A stretch of 64,000 bases of DNA from Planctomycetota bacterium (GCA_965228735.1 OZ245838.1:1984001-2048000); one strand, 5' to 3'; counted from the stretch's first letter, positions 28,864-38,778 are shown. The notes: generated by a model from the letters alone, not told the origin. Numbers and translations: made by a program.

Positions 28864-30618
28864 CTACGGAACTGGGTTGCCGTTCAGCGTGAACGTCCCG
28901 CCGTCGTTGAACACGTCCGGGCCGATCGGCGCGTCGTTCGCGAGCACGAACGTGAACATGGCGTGCATCACGCCGGTCGCGGAGTTCCAGAGGCCGCCGC
29001 CCTCGTTCGAGGCGCTGTTGAGCAGGACCAGGCAGTCCCGCAACGCGACGTTGCCCGCGCCGGTCAGATGCAGTCCACCGCCGTTGCCCGGGGACGAGCC
29101 GGTCTCGTTGAACAGCAGGTAGGTGGTGATCAACGAGGTCGCCCCGACGTTCGCCTCGACGCCGCCGCCAGCGCGCTGCGACCAGTTGGCCAGCACCGTG
29201 CAACGCGACATCGTGAGGACGCCGTCGTCGTTGAGCACCGCACCGCCCGAGCCGGCCGCGCCATCCGCGACGTTGAACTGGATCAGGCAGTCGGCGACGT
29301 CCAGGTCGCCGCCCGCGTTGAACAGCGCACCGCCGCCCTGGTCGGCCGCGGCGCCGCTGGCACGGTTGCCTTCGAGCACGCAGTCGGTCACCGACATCGT
29401 GCCGTCACCGGAGTTCCACAGCCCGCCGCCCTCGGCCGCGGCGAAGTTCGCCGACACCGTGCAATCGAGCAGCTGGACGGCGCCGGCGCCGGTCAGATGC
29501 AACCCGCCGCCGTTGCCCGGGCTCGCGCCGGTGTCGTTCCAGATGATCTTGCTCGCCTCGATCGACGTCATGCCGCCCAAAGCTTCGACCCCGCCGCCGG
29601 CGCGGTTGCACGAGTTGGCCGTGATCTCGCAGTCGCGGACGACGAGGATGCCGTCGTTGTTGAACAGCCCGCCACCCGAACCCGCGCCGACGATCGCGGC
29701 GTTGCCTTCGATGAAGCTGCTCGTGACCGTCAGCTCACCCCCGTCGTTGAAGAGGCCGCCGCCGCCGTCGTCCGCGGCGCTGCCGTCGGCGGCGTTGTCG
29801 TAGATCCACGACCGATCGACGGTCATGACGCCACCACTCGAGTTCCACAGTGCGCCGCCTTCGCGGGCCGCGACGTTGCCGGCGAACTCACACTCGCTGA
29901 CGTGGACCATGCCGGCACCCGTGAGGTGGAACGCGCCGCCATTGCCCGGGGCAGCACCCGTGCGGTTGGCGTAGAACGAGCTCGCCACCAGCGCCGTGAT
30001 GCCGGCGTTGGCCTCGATCGCGCCACCGGCACGATCCGACCGGTTGCCGATCAGCTCGCAGTGCGTGATCACGAGGTCGCCGCCGGCGTTCATCACCGCA
30101 CCGCCCGACGCGCCGGCTCCGGTCGCCGCCGAGTTCGCGATCCGCACCTGGTCGAGCACGAGCCGCCCGGCGTTTCGCACCGCGCCGCCATTGCTGTCCA
30201 CGACCGCGCCGCTGAGCACCGTCAGGTCGGTGACGATGACGTTCGCGCCGGCCATGACGTCGATGGCACGATCGGCCCGGAGACCGTCGACGATCGCACC
30301 CCGCCCGACGATCCGGACGTGGCGCAGCACGTCGAGGTCGCCGGTCGCGGCGGCGTCTTCGCCTGCGCCGACGCGCGCCAGAGCGTAGTAGCGGCCCGGC
30401 TGCAACCGGATGGTCGCGCTGGCCAAACCGCCGGCGTTGACCTCCATGATCGCGGCCCGCAACGAGCACCGGCCGTTGGCGTCCGCGCAGATCCCGTCGC
30501 CGGGATTGGCGTCGGGGGTGTCCGCGGTCGTGTTGACGGCGAACGTCTGACCGGTGAGAGGCGAGAGCAGCACGGCGAGCAACGCCGCGTGAGACGAGAA
30601 TCGGGTTCTGGGGTTCAT
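28864..30618 (-). CDS. CSLREA-domain secreted beta-helix protein with Pmp-like GG(A/G)xxN repeats
   Basis: Motif VNTTADTPDANPGDGICAD...CSLRAAI, then more than 10 GG(A/G)(V/L/I/F) repeats in a tandem ~145-aa unit. SD GGAG. Confidence 0.85.
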   Translation of the reverse strand: MNPRTRFSSHAALLAVLLSPLTGQTFAVNTTADTPDANPGDGICADANGRCSLRAAIMEVNAGGLASATIRLQPGRYYALARVGAGEDAAATGDLDVLRHVRIVGRGAIVDGLRADRAIDVMAGANVIVTDLTVLSGAVVDSNGGAVRNAGRLVLDQVRIANSAATGAGASGGAVMNAGGDLVITHCELIGNRSDRAGGAIEANAGITALVASSFYANRTGAAPGNGGAFHLTGAGMVHVSECEFAGNVAAREGGALWNSSGGVMTVDRSWIYDNAADGSAADDGGGGLFNDGGELTVTSSFIEGNAAIVGAGSGGGLFNNDGILVVRDCEITANSCNRAGGGVEALGGMTSIEASKIIWNDTGASPGNGGGLHLTGAGAVQLLDCTVSANFAAAEGGGLWNSGDGTMSVTDCVLEGNRASGAAADQGGGALFNAGGDLDVADCLIQFNVADGAAGSGGAVLNDDGVLTMSRCTVLANWSQRAGGGVEANVGATSLITTYLLFNETGSSPGNGGGLHLTGAGNVALRDCLVLLNSASNEGGGLWNSATGVMHAMFTFVLANDAPIGPDVFNDGGTFTLNGNPVP

Positions 30619-30767
30619 CGGGGCTCCGAGAGGGGAAGCGGAGCCCCGGTCGACCGGCACTCCGCGCTTCCCTCCGGGAGGTAGCCCACAGGACGCCGAT
30701 GTCATGGCGCCCCCCAAAAAACGACACGCAGAAACCGGCGACCCGTCCCGCGGAGCCGGCGCGACCG

Positions 30768-32039
30768 CTACCCGTCGTTGATGCGCTCGATGTCGGCGCC
30801 GATCGCGTGCAGCTTCTGCTCGATGCGTTCGTAGCCGCGGTCGATGTGATAGACGCGACGCACGTCCGTCGCGCCGGTCGCGCCGAGCCCGGCGATCACG
30901 AGGCTGGCCGACGCGCGCAGGTCGCTCGCCATGACCGGCGCACCGCGCAGGTCTTCGGTGCCCTCGACGATCGCGCTCGGGCCTTCGCGTCGGATGCGCG
31001 CGCCGAGCCGCGTCAGCTCGGACGCATGGATGAAGCGCTCGGGGTAGATCTTCTCCGTGATGACCGAGACGCCGCGAGCCCGCGCCATGAGCGCCATGAA
31101 TTGGGCCTGCAGGTCCGTCGGGAAGCCCGGGTAGGCCATCGTCGTGACGTCGACCGCCGACAGCTGGCCGGTCGCGGTCGGCACGTTGCGCACGAAGTCG
31201 GGACCGATCTCCACATCGGCGCCGGCCGCACGCAGCCGGTCGACCACCGCGAGCATGTGCATCGGATTGCAGTGCTTCACGGTGACGTCACTGTTCATCA
31301 TGATCGCGCCGCACAGGAACGTGCCGGCCTCGATCCGATCCGGAATCATCGACCACTCGCACCCCGTGAGCGTGTCGACCCCCTCGATCTCGAGCAGGTG
31401 ACTGCCGATGCCGCGAATGCGCGCGCCGCACGCATTGAGGAAGTTGCACAGGTCCTCGATCTCGGGCTCCATCGCCGCGGATTCGAGGTAGGTCGTGCCG
31501 CTCGCGAGCGTCGCCGCCATGACGACGTTGGCCGTGCCGAGCACCGTCGACCCCATGTTACCGCCGAGGAACACGACGCCGCCGCGCGGCCGGTTGCTCA
31601 GCGTGACGTAGCCGTCGGCGACATCGACGCTGGCGCCGATGTCGCGCAGGCCCTTGAGGTGCAGATCGACCGGCCGGTGACCGAACACGCAGCCGCCGGG
31701 ATAGCTCACCCGCGCGACGCCGCGCCGCGCCCACAGCGGACCGAGCACCACGAAGCTCGCGCGCATCGTGCGGACGAGGTCGTAGGGCGCGGTGTAGAGC
31801 GTCTTGTCCTTGGCTTCGACCTCGAGCGAGCCGTCGGGCCGCCAGCTGTGCACGACCCCGAGCTTGCCGAGGATGCGCAGCAGGTTCTTGATATCCGTCA
31901 GCTGCGGGATGTTGCGCAGGAGGATCGGACCGTCGACCAGCAGGGAGGCCGCGAGGATGGGGAGCGCGCCGTTCTTGCTGCCCGAGACGCCGATCGAGCC
32001 GCCGAGCGGTCGACCACCACGAATTCGTATCCGGTCCAA
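30768..32039 (-). CDS. murA: UDP-N-acetylglucosamine 1-carboxyvinyltransferase
   Basis: Motifs SGSKNGALP, MRAS, PGGC..G.RPVDLH, PDRIEAGT, PGFPTDLQAQ, DLRA and HIDRGY. TTG start with GGAGG SD. Confidence 0.96.
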   Translation of the reverse strand: MDRIRIRGGRPLGGSIGVSGSKNGALPILAASLLVDGPILLRNIPQLTDIKNLLRILGKLGVVHSWRPDGSLEVEAKDKTLYTAPYDLVRTMRASFVVLGPLWARRGVARVSYPGGCVFGHRPVDLHLKGLRDIGASVDVADGYVTLSNRPRGGVVFLGGNMGSTVLGTANVVMAATLASGTTYLESAAMEPEIEDLCNFLNACGARIRGIGSHLLEIEGVDTLTGCEWSMIPDRIEAGTFLCGAIMMNSDVTVKHCNPMHMLAVVDRLRAAGADVEIGPDFVRNVPTATGQLSAVDVTTMAYPGFPTDLQAQFMALMARARGVSVITEKIYPERFIHASELTRLGARIRREGPSAIVEGTEDLRGAPVMASDLRASASLVIAGLGATGATDVRRVYHIDRGYERIEQKLHAIGADIERINDG

Positions 32040-32100
32040 AGCCCCTCCGAGAGCCAAGAGCCATCGCCCCGCGACCGATTCAGAGAGCAGAATCGCATCC

Positions 32101-32218
32101 GGGACGAGCCACCGCCACACACGGTTGCCTCCACCTCGCTCAGCGGTCGGACCACGAACGAATCGTGGCGTACCGATGAGCGACTGACCGACCGAGGCAA
32201 CGGTCTGCGCCGAGTCCC
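32101..32218 (-). other. Long rod-like RNA structure in the murA upstream region
   Basis: Nested inverted repeats: 32101-05/32214-18, 32124-31/32194-201, 32136-42/32177-83, 32147-50/32173-76 and 32152-57/32163-68. Confidence 0.55.
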
Positions 32219-32255
32219 CGTTCTACCCATCGTGGAAAAAGACGCAAGAGCGCAA

Positions 32256-33683
32256 TCACGATGTTCGTACCTTTCCACGACGCGCGAAGGCGAGCCCCGC
32301 GACGACGACCAACGTGCCGACGAGGGAGGCGCTCGTGCGCGCGTAGAACGCGGCGACCGTGACCGCCGCGGCGCCGAGCGTGAAGACGACCGCGGCACTC
32401 GTCGCGACCGGCGCGGGCAGCCGCGCCGAGCCGGTGGCCGGACGCAGACGCAGCGCCGCGACCCCGCACAGCGCGAAGAAGAGCCAGTCGACGTAGACTA
32501 CGCCCGAACAGACGAAGTCGAGCGTGTCGATCGCGCCGTGATGATGCCCCGCGGCAGCCGCGGCACCCTCACCGGCGGCGTCGCGCCACAGTCGCTGCAC
32601 CGCGGCGAGCCCGAAGTGCACCGCGATCACGAGCACGATCGCCCACACGCCCTGCCCGAGCACCCCGAGCACCGGCGTCCCGAACCGCGGGTGCAGCCGA
32701 CCGAACGCCGCCGGGAAGCACCCTTCCTGCGCCATCGCGTAGAGCACGTACGGCGGCGCGAGGCAGATGGTGTTGAGGATGCCGGCCGCGGAGACGACGA
32801 CGATCGCCGCGAGCACCCGTCCGCCGATGTCGCCGAGTGCCGCCGCCGCCGCGTCCGCGCCGATCGCCGAGCTCGCGCGCGCACCCTCGAACCCGAGCAG
32901 GTCGAGGTAGGCGACGTTCACCGACATGTAGGTGAGCACGACGACCGCGACGCCGAAGAGCATGCCGAATGCGACGCTCCATGGCCGCCGCGCGGCGCCC
33001 GCGACGAACGAACCCTGCTGCCAGCCGCCCGTCGCGAACAGCACCGGCAGGATCGCCGCACCGAGCATCGCGAGGGTCGACCGATCGCTCGGCTCCGGTA
33101 CTGCAGCAGCCGTCGGCGCCGGCGCCGGCGCCGGCGCGAACCACGCGACACCGACGAGCCCGGCGAGCGCCAGGACCTTGAGCACGGTCAGCGTGTTCTG
33201 CACGCGCTTGCCCGTGCGCAGCCCGAGCACGTTCAAGGCCGTGAACACCGCGATCGCCCCCGCCGCGATGAACACCTTCGCCGGCGCGGACCACGGCCCG
33301 GCCGGCGCGATGGCCTTCTCGAGGTAGTTGGCGAGCAGCAGCCCGACGATGCCCGCAGCGCCCGCCTGCACGATGAGCCAGTTGCTCCAGCCGTACAGGA
33401 ACGCGGGGATGTCGCCGAACGCTCGCCGCACGTAGCGATACATGCCGCCGTGACCCGGCACGGCGAGTGCGAGCTCCGCGAACACGATCGCGCCGAGCAC
33501 CGCGAGCAGCCCCCCGAGCCCCCAGGCGAGCATGACCTGACCCGGCGTGTCGACGGCCGCCGCCACCTTCTGCGGCGTGAAGAAGATCCCGACGCCGATG
33601 ATGCCGCCGACCACCACGCAACCGATGTCGAATGCCGAGAGTTCACGCGGCTCCGTGCCGCACTCCGGGCGCGGCCCGCTCAC
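32256..33683 (-). CDS. APC family amino acid permease
   Basis: Motifs GGIIGVGIFFTP, FAELA...GGMYRY, LFATGGW and LHPRFGTP. Confidence 0.9.
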   Translation of the reverse strand: MSGPRPECGTEPRELSAFDIGCVVVGGIIGVGIFFTPQKVAAAVDTPGQVMLAWGLGGLLAVLGAIVFAELALAVPGHGGMYRYVRRAFGDIPAFLYGWSNWLIVQAGAAGIVGLLLANYLEKAIAPAGPWSAPAKVFIAAGAIAVFTALNVLGLRTGKRVQNTLTVLKVLALAGLVGVAWFAPAPAPAPTAAAVPEPSDRSTLAMLGAAILPVLFATGGWQQGSFVAGAARRPWSVAFGMLFGVAVVVLTYMSVNVAYLDLLGFEGARASSAIGADAAAAALGDIGGRVLAAIVVVSAAGILNTICLAPPYVLYAMAQEGCFPAAFGRLHPRFGTPVLGVLGQGVWAIVLVIAVHFGLAAVQRLWRDAAGEGAAAAAGHHHGAIDTLDFVCSGVVYVDWLFFALCGVAALRLRPATGSARLPAPVATSAAVVFTLGAAAVTVAAFYARTSASLVGTLVVVAGLAFARRGKVRTS

Positions 33684-34567
33684 GGTTCGCTCCGCGGCGG
33701 TTCGAAGTCGTCGAGGTGTTCGGCGAGATCGACGATGCGGGTGTCGAAGTCGAGATCGGGAGTGAAGCGCTGCACGCGTTCCCCGTGGTGGTCGAGCACG
33801 TAGACCCGCCCGCCCTCGTCGACCGTCAGCGCCGTCGGGTCCACGCAGTTCTGCTGCAGTGCATCGGGCACGGGCAGCACGGCACCCGCAGGCGAGAACC
33901 GCCGCAGCCCCGCGTCGTCGCCACGGTCGACGACGAGGATCGAAGCGTCACCCGGACACCGGGCGACGGCGACCGGGCGCGAGAGCGCGCCGGGCCCGCC
34001 GGACGCGAACGCGGCGACGAACGTGCCGTCCGGGCGGAACCGCTGGATCCGACCCGCGAGCGTGTCGGCCACGAGCACTTCCGTATCGGCCCAGATCGCC
34101 TGGGGCGCCCCGAACTCGGCCTCGGGATCGCCGCGGCTCTGCAGCGGCGACAGCACGTTGCCATCGCGGTCGAAGCGCTGCACCGCGAAGCGGCGCGGCT
34201 GATCCCCGCAGGTCACGAGAATCGTTCGCCCGATCACGGCGACGGCGCGCGGCTGATCGAGGATGCCCGCGCGATCACGCGCGACGTCGCCGGTCGGCGG
34301 CGGACTCCGGCCGAAGTCGCCGATATGACGGCCGAACGCGGAGAAGTGCCGCACGCGATGGTTGTGCGCGTCCGCGACGTAGAGATGGAAGTGCTCGTCC
34401 ATCGCGACTCCGGCGGCGTCGGAGAACCCGCGGCCGTCATCGGAGCTCGGCAGCGTCCACGTGGAGACCCGTTCGCGCGCCTCGAGGTCGAACAAGAACA
34501 CGTGCCCTTGTGCTGCGGACCACGTCACGCACAGTAAGTTCGCTCGCACTGCGACCCCGCCGGACAT
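33680..34567 (-). CDS. NHL-repeat beta-propeller protein
   Basis: Repeats LYVADAHNHRVRHF, VLVADTLAGRIQRF and VYVLDHHGERVQRF. Confidence 0.85.
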   Translation of the reverse strand: MSGGVAVRANLLCVTWSAAQGHVFLFDLEARERVSTWTLPSSDDGRGFSDAAGVAMDEHFHLYVADAHNHRVRHFSAFGRHIGDFGRSPPPTGDVARDRAGILDQPRAVAVIGRTILVTCGDQPRRFAVQRFDRDGNVLSPLQSRGDPEAEFGAPQAIWADTEVLVADTLAGRIQRFRPDGTFVAAFASGGPGALSRPVAVARCPGDASILVVDRGDDAGLRRFSPAGAVLPVPDALQQNCVDPTALTVDEGGRVYVLDHHGERVQRFTPDLDFDTRIVDLAEHLDDFEPPRSEP

Positions 34568-34573
34568 CCCCGC

Positions 34574-35008
34574 ATGCTATCCAATCGCCCGACCTCGAAA
34601 ACACCCCGGCAGAAAGTCGGACTGATGATGACGGTCGGGCTGCCGGCCGTTCTCGTGCTGACGGTCGGCTGTGGCACGACGCCGCGACCGAGCTATCCGA
34701 CGTTCGTCGACCATCGCGTGCTGGCGACGTTCGAAGTGCCGGCGAGCGGTCTGCTGCGGGTACCGGCGACGACGCGTGATCTCGTCGTGCACGAGCTCGC
34801 CCTCGAGCCGACGCCGCGCGCCGAACGCTACGATGCCGAGGGGCGGCGCTTCCTCGTCTACGACGGCGGCACGACCGTGACGCTCGAGGGCCGGTTCCGG
34901 GTCTACGCGACCGCGACCGGGGTCCCCACCCCGGCGGAGATCCTGCCCGGCGCCGCGACGATCGCGGCCCTGCCCATCGTCGCCCCGCGGAAGCAGGATG
35001 GACCATGA
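34574..35008 (+). CDS. Hypothetical lipoprotein (start may be 34625)
   Basis: LVLTVGC lipobox; ATGA overlap with the next gene. Confidence 0.6.
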   Translation: MLSNRPTSKTPRQKVGLMMTVGLPAVLVLTVGCGTTPRPSYPTFVDHRVLATFEVPASGLLRVPATTRDLVVHELALEPTPRAERYDAEGRRFLVYDGGTTVTLEGRFRVYATATGVPTPAEILPGAATIAALPIVAPRKQDGP

Positions 35009-36342
35009 CGAGCGCGGGGCGCTGGCTGCTCGAGAACGTCGTCATCGTGCCGCTGGACGGCCCGCCCACCGCGCCGCTCGGCGACGTTCGACCGGGCGCG
35101 ATCCGGCTCGAAGGCGATCGGATCGTCGCCGTCGGGCAACTCCAGCGAACGACCGGCGAGCGCGTCGTCGACGGCCGCGGCGCCACGGCCACTCCCGGGT
35201 TCGTGCAGGGCCACGTGCACGCGACCCAGACGTTGTTCCGCGGGCTCGCCGACGATCGCCCGCTGCTGCCCTGGTTGCAGGATCGGATCTGGCCGCTCGA
35301 GCACGCGCACGACGCGGAATCGACGCGCCTCAGCGCCCGTCTGACGTTCGGCGAACTGCTCCGGTCCGGCACGACGACGGTCCAGACCATGGAGTCCGTG
35401 CGCCACGCCGAAGTCACGGCGGGGGTCGCCCGGGACTCGGGCATGACGGTGATCACGGGCAACTGCCTCATGGACGTCGCGGCCCCGGACATGCCGGCCG
35501 GCATGGCGACGTCGGCATCCGCAGCCCTGCAGATCACCGACGAACTGCGGCGCGCGTTCGACGGTCAGGGTGACGGTGCGACCCGCATCCACGTCTGTGT
35601 GGCGCCGCGGTTCGTGCTCTCCGTCTCGCCCGGACTCGCCCGCGACGCCGCCGGCTTCGCGGCGCAGCACGATCTGCGCATCCACTCGCATGCGGCCGAA
35701 CACCCGGACGAAGTGGCGGCGGTGCGCGAACGCTTCGGACGCGACTACCTCGAGGTGCTGGCCGAGCAGGGCCTGCTCGGCGCCCGCACCGGCCTCGCCC
35801 ACTGCGTCCACCTGACGGACCGGGAACGCGAACTGCTCGCGGCAACCGGCACCGCGGTGCTGCACTGCCCGAGCACCAACCTCAAGCTCGGCTCGGGGAT
35901 CGCGCGCGTGCGCGACCTCGCGGAGCACGGCATCCCGATCGCGATCGGCACCGACGGCGCGCCGTGCAACAACCGGTTGTCGATGCTCACCGAACTGCGG
36001 CAGGCCGCGTTGCTGCAGAGCCTCGTGGCCGGGCCCGGGGCGTGGCCCGCGGCGCGCGCGCTCTGGACGGCGACGCGCGGCGGCGCCCTCGCGCTCGGCC
36101 TCGACGACACCGGGTCCATCGCGCCGGGGCAGCGCGCCGATCTCCTGTTGTGGGATCTCGACGACCCGACCCTCGGATCGGGGGATGTCGCGAGCCGACT
36201 CGTGTACGCGGCCGACGAACGGCACCTGCAGACCGTGTTCGTCGGCGGCCGCCCCGCCGCCCTGCCCGACTTCACCGAGCTCGCCCGTGAGCGCGACCGG
36301 CACGTGCCAGCGTTGCTCGCGCGGGCCGGCATCGCGCGCTGA
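35005..36342 (+). CDS. Metal-dependent amidohydrolase (MtaD/5'-deoxyadenosine deaminase-like)
   Basis: Motifs PGFVQGHVH, LFRGLADD, HSHAAE, AHCVH, HCPSTNLKLGSG, GTDG and GSIAPGQRAD. Confidence 0.9.
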   Translation: MTSAGRWLLENVVIVPLDGPPTAPLGDVRPGAIRLEGDRIVAVGQLQRTTGERVVDGRGATATPGFVQGHVHATQTLFRGLADDRPLLPWLQDRIWPLEHAHDAESTRLSARLTFGELLRSGTTTVQTMESVRHAEVTAGVARDSGMTVITGNCLMDVAAPDMPAGMATSASAALQITDELRRAFDGQGDGATRIHVCVAPRFVLSVSPGLARDAAGFAAQHDLRIHSHAAEHPDEVAAVRERFGRDYLEVLAEQGLLGARTGLAHCVHLTDRERELLAATGTAVLHCPSTNLKLGSGIARVRDLAEHGIPIAIGTDGAPCNNRLSMLTELRQAALLQSLVAGPGAWPAARALWTATRGGALALGLDDTGSIAPGQRADLLLWDLDDPTLGSGDVASRLVYAADERHLQTVFVGGRPAALPDFTELARERDRHVPALLARAGIAR

Positions 36343-36407
36343 CCGCGGGGCTGGTGTCGGCGATGAAAACCAGCGCGCTCGAGCTGGGCCTGCACTACAG
36401 TCCACGG

Positions 36408-36902
36408 ATGCACGTCCGTCGACCGATCGTCCTCGGCCTCCTCGCCGCCGTCGTCGCGTGTTCGGCCCTGCCCGACGGTTCGAACGGTGGCGGTGACCCG
36501 GCGGGAGCCCAGCCGCAGGCTGGACAGGCTAGGGAGGCCGCGCACGGCGGTCCGGCCGCGCCCCCGCTCGCGCCCACCGATTGGGCGGACGCGATGGAGC
36601 ACCTCGACGCGCGCTTCCAGCAGATCAAGGCCGCGCTCGAACCGACCCCGCCGGGCGACCTCGCGGCCGTGACGCGCGCGGCGACCGAGGGCGCGGCGCT
36701 CGTTCGACTCGGCTACGGCGTGCACCGGGACCGCAAGGTCGACGGCTTCGCGCAGATGGCCCGCGAATGCGAATCGTGGCTGCTGCGGATCGCCGCGGAG
36801 GCCGAACAGGGCCACGGCGGACTGGCGCAGGATCTGTTCCGCGGCGGCGAGGAACGCCACTGCACGCGCTGCCACGAAGCCTGCGACGTCGTGCTGTGGT
36901 GA
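36408..36902 (+). CDS. Lipoprotein c-type cytochrome (cytochrome c'-like helical bundle)
   Basis: Signal MHVRRPIVLGLLAAVVAC; helical body; C-terminal CTRCH heme motif. TACAGT lies 6 nt before the ATG. Confidence 0.72.
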   Translation: MHVRRPIVLGLLAAVVACSALPDGSNGGGDPAGAQPQAGQAREAAHGGPAAPPLAPTDWADAMEHLDARFQQIKAALEPTPPGDLAAVTRAATEGAALVRLGYGVHRDRKVDGFAQMARECESWLLRIAAEAEQGHGGLAQDLFRGGEERHCTRCHEACDVVLW

Positions 36903-37867
36903 ATCGTGCTGTGGCGAATCGCTCTGCCGTGAATCGTACTGGGCTGACCCGACGCCCCGCCGCCCCGGTGAATCCGACCTCCGACAGCGATCCGCGCACG
37001 GTCCTCGATCGCTCGACCGGGCGCCCGATCCTCATGGCGCCCGTGCGCCGGCACCGGCCGATGCACACGACGAGCGATCGCCGCGGGCTGAGCTGTCCGT
37101 TCTGCCCCGGCGCCGAGGATCAGACCCCGCCCGAGATCGAAGCCGAACGCGGCCCGGACGGCCGCTGGCACGCCCGGGCGTTCGACAATCTCTACCCCGC
37201 GAGTGCCGTGCACGAGGTCGTGGCGGAGGGTCACCACCATGCGGAACATCCGGCCGACCTCGACCTCGACACCTGGCGCGCCGTGATTCGGCTGTGGCAA
37301 CGCCGGGTGGCGGCGCTCGAGACCCGACCCGACGTCGGGTGCACGTTCCTGTTCAAGAACGTCGGCGCCTTCGCCGGCGCCTCGATCGCGCACAATCACA
37401 GCCAGGTGATCGGACTGCCGGAACCGCCGCCCCGCATCCAGCTCGAGGCCGAACTCGCGAAGTCGGCGGCGAGCTGCCCGTGGTGCGATGAGATCGCGAC
37501 GGCAGCGGCGAGCAATCGCGAGATCCTGACGACGCCGAACCACGTCGCGCTGTGTCCGAGCACGCCGAAGATGCCGCTCGAGACGTGGCTGCTGCCGCGC
37601 GACTGCGCCGACGAGTTCCTCACGACGGACGTCGACTCGCTCGCGCAGGCGCTACACCGGCTGTTCTTCGCGGTCGCAGCCCACCTCGATCGCCCGGCCC
37701 TCAACTTCTGGCTCCATCGCCTGCCCGGCGCGGAGTTCCACTGGCACTTCGAACTGCAGCCGCGCACCGGCCAGGTCGCGGGGCTCGAAATCGGCGGTGA
37801 CATGTACATCAACTCGTTCCCGCCCGCCCAGGCCGCACGCGATCTGCGGAACGCGCTCCCGAACTGA
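36899..37867 (+). CDS. Galactose-1-phosphate uridylyltransferase-like (GalT/HIT family) protein
   Basis: Motifs CPFCPG.E..TPPE, FDNLYP, HEVV, FKNVG..AGASIAHNHSQ, CPWC and FHWH. The start is uncertain. Confidence 0.85.
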   Translation: MNRAVANRSAVNRTGLTRRPAAPVNPTSDSDPRTVLDRSTGRPILMAPVRRHRPMHTTSDRRGLSCPFCPGAEDQTPPEIEAERGPDGRWHARAFDNLYPASAVHEVVAEGHHHAEHPADLDLDTWRAVIRLWQRRVAALETRPDVGCTFLFKNVGAFAGASIAHNHSQVIGLPEPPPRIQLEAELAKSAASCPWCDEIATAAASNREILTTPNHVALCPSTPKMPLETWLLPRDCADEFLTTDVDSLAQALHRLFFAVAAHLDRPALNFWLHRLPGAEFHWHFELQPRTGQVAGLEIGGDMYINSFPPAQAARDLRNALPN

Positions 37868-37891
37868 AGCCGACGACGTGAGGAGCAACTC

Positions 37892-38701
37892 ATGACGGAG
37901 TACGAACTCACGCCGACGCACCGCCAGGAGTTCCGCGACCGGGGCTGGACGACGCTGCGCGATTTCGTGCCCGAGGCCGTGCTCGCGCAGCTCGAGGTGC
38001 ACTACGAGCGACTGCTGCGGCGCGAGGTGCCGGTCGCTGGGCGCGACTACTGCGACATGACGGGCGACTACGACCGCCCGGTCGAGGAGTACGCGATCCT
38101 CAACGTCATGCTGCCGCGGCGCTACGAGCCGGCGCTGTGCGACAACGGCTACGAGCTGCGCGCCGCCGCGGTCGCCCGCGCCCTCTGCGGCGACGACATG
38201 GCGCTCGACTACGATCAGTTCGTCGCCAAGCCGCCGGGCCAGCCGGACGCCGTCTTCCACTGGCACCAGGACCTCGGCTACTGGCCCGTCACTCCCGACA
38301 CCCGCACGGCGTCGTTCTGGCTCGCGCTCGACGAGGTCGACCTCGACAACGGCTGCGTGCAGTTCGTCGACGGGTCGCACGACGAACCCGAGCTGCGGCC
38401 GCACGAGCCCCTGCTCGGCGACCGCGGCGACAACCACACGATGGTCGCGCGGGTCGACCCGAACGTCGACCGTATCCAGCCGGCCCGGCTGCGGCGCGGG
38501 GACGCCACGGTGCATCACGAACGCACCGTCCACGGCTCGGGCGGCAACGCGAGCACCCGGTGGCGCCGGGGCTACGTCGTCGCGTTCCGCGCCGCGGGCA
38601 CGGTGCAGGCGGAGCGCGCGATGGGGTTCTCGCACTCGCACAACGACGACCCCGCCGTGCTGGCCCGGATCGCGCGCGAGCGCCGCGGCGCCGGCGACTG
38701 A
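37892..38701 (+). CDS. Phytanoyl-CoA dioxygenase (PhyH) family Fe/2OG oxygenase
   Basis: Motifs KPP, WHQD..YW, WLALD...DNGC, GSH and TVHGSGGN; SD GAGGAG. Confidence 0.9.
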   Translation: MTEYELTPTHRQEFRDRGWTTLRDFVPEAVLAQLEVHYERLLRREVPVAGRDYCDMTGDYDRPVEEYAILNVMLPRRYEPALCDNGYELRAAAVARALCGDDMALDYDQFVAKPPGQPDAVFHWHQDLGYWPVTPDTRTASFWLALDEVDLDNGCVQFVDGSHDEPELRPHEPLLGDRGDNHTMVARVDPNVDRIQPARLRRGDATVHHERTVHGSGGNASTRWRRGYVVAFRAAGTVQAERAMGFSHSHNDDPAVLARIARERRGAGD

Positions 38702-38748
38702 CGAACCGCCGGGTATACTTCGATCCGATCGACCCGTTTCACCGGAAT

Positions 38749-38778
38749 TCGCGAACGCGCGCGAGCGCGCGGTCGCTG
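38749..38778 (+). promoter_or_regulatory. Putative ECF-dependent (autoregulatory) promoter
   Basis: TCGCGAAC-N15-GTCGCTG; the same motif occurs on the minus strand at 43939-43968. Confidence 0.6.

Noticed and set aside
28864..30400. Recurrent DNA repeats that might suggest a CRISPR array or DGR
   Set aside because: They are degenerate in-frame coding repeats of a beta-helix protein, with no constant repeat/unique spacer pattern and no cas or RT gene.
32101..32218. SRP RNA or 6S RNA
   Set aside because: It lacks the SRP helix-8 motif, and it is shorter than typical 6S with no large central bubble. It is kept only as an unassigned structure.
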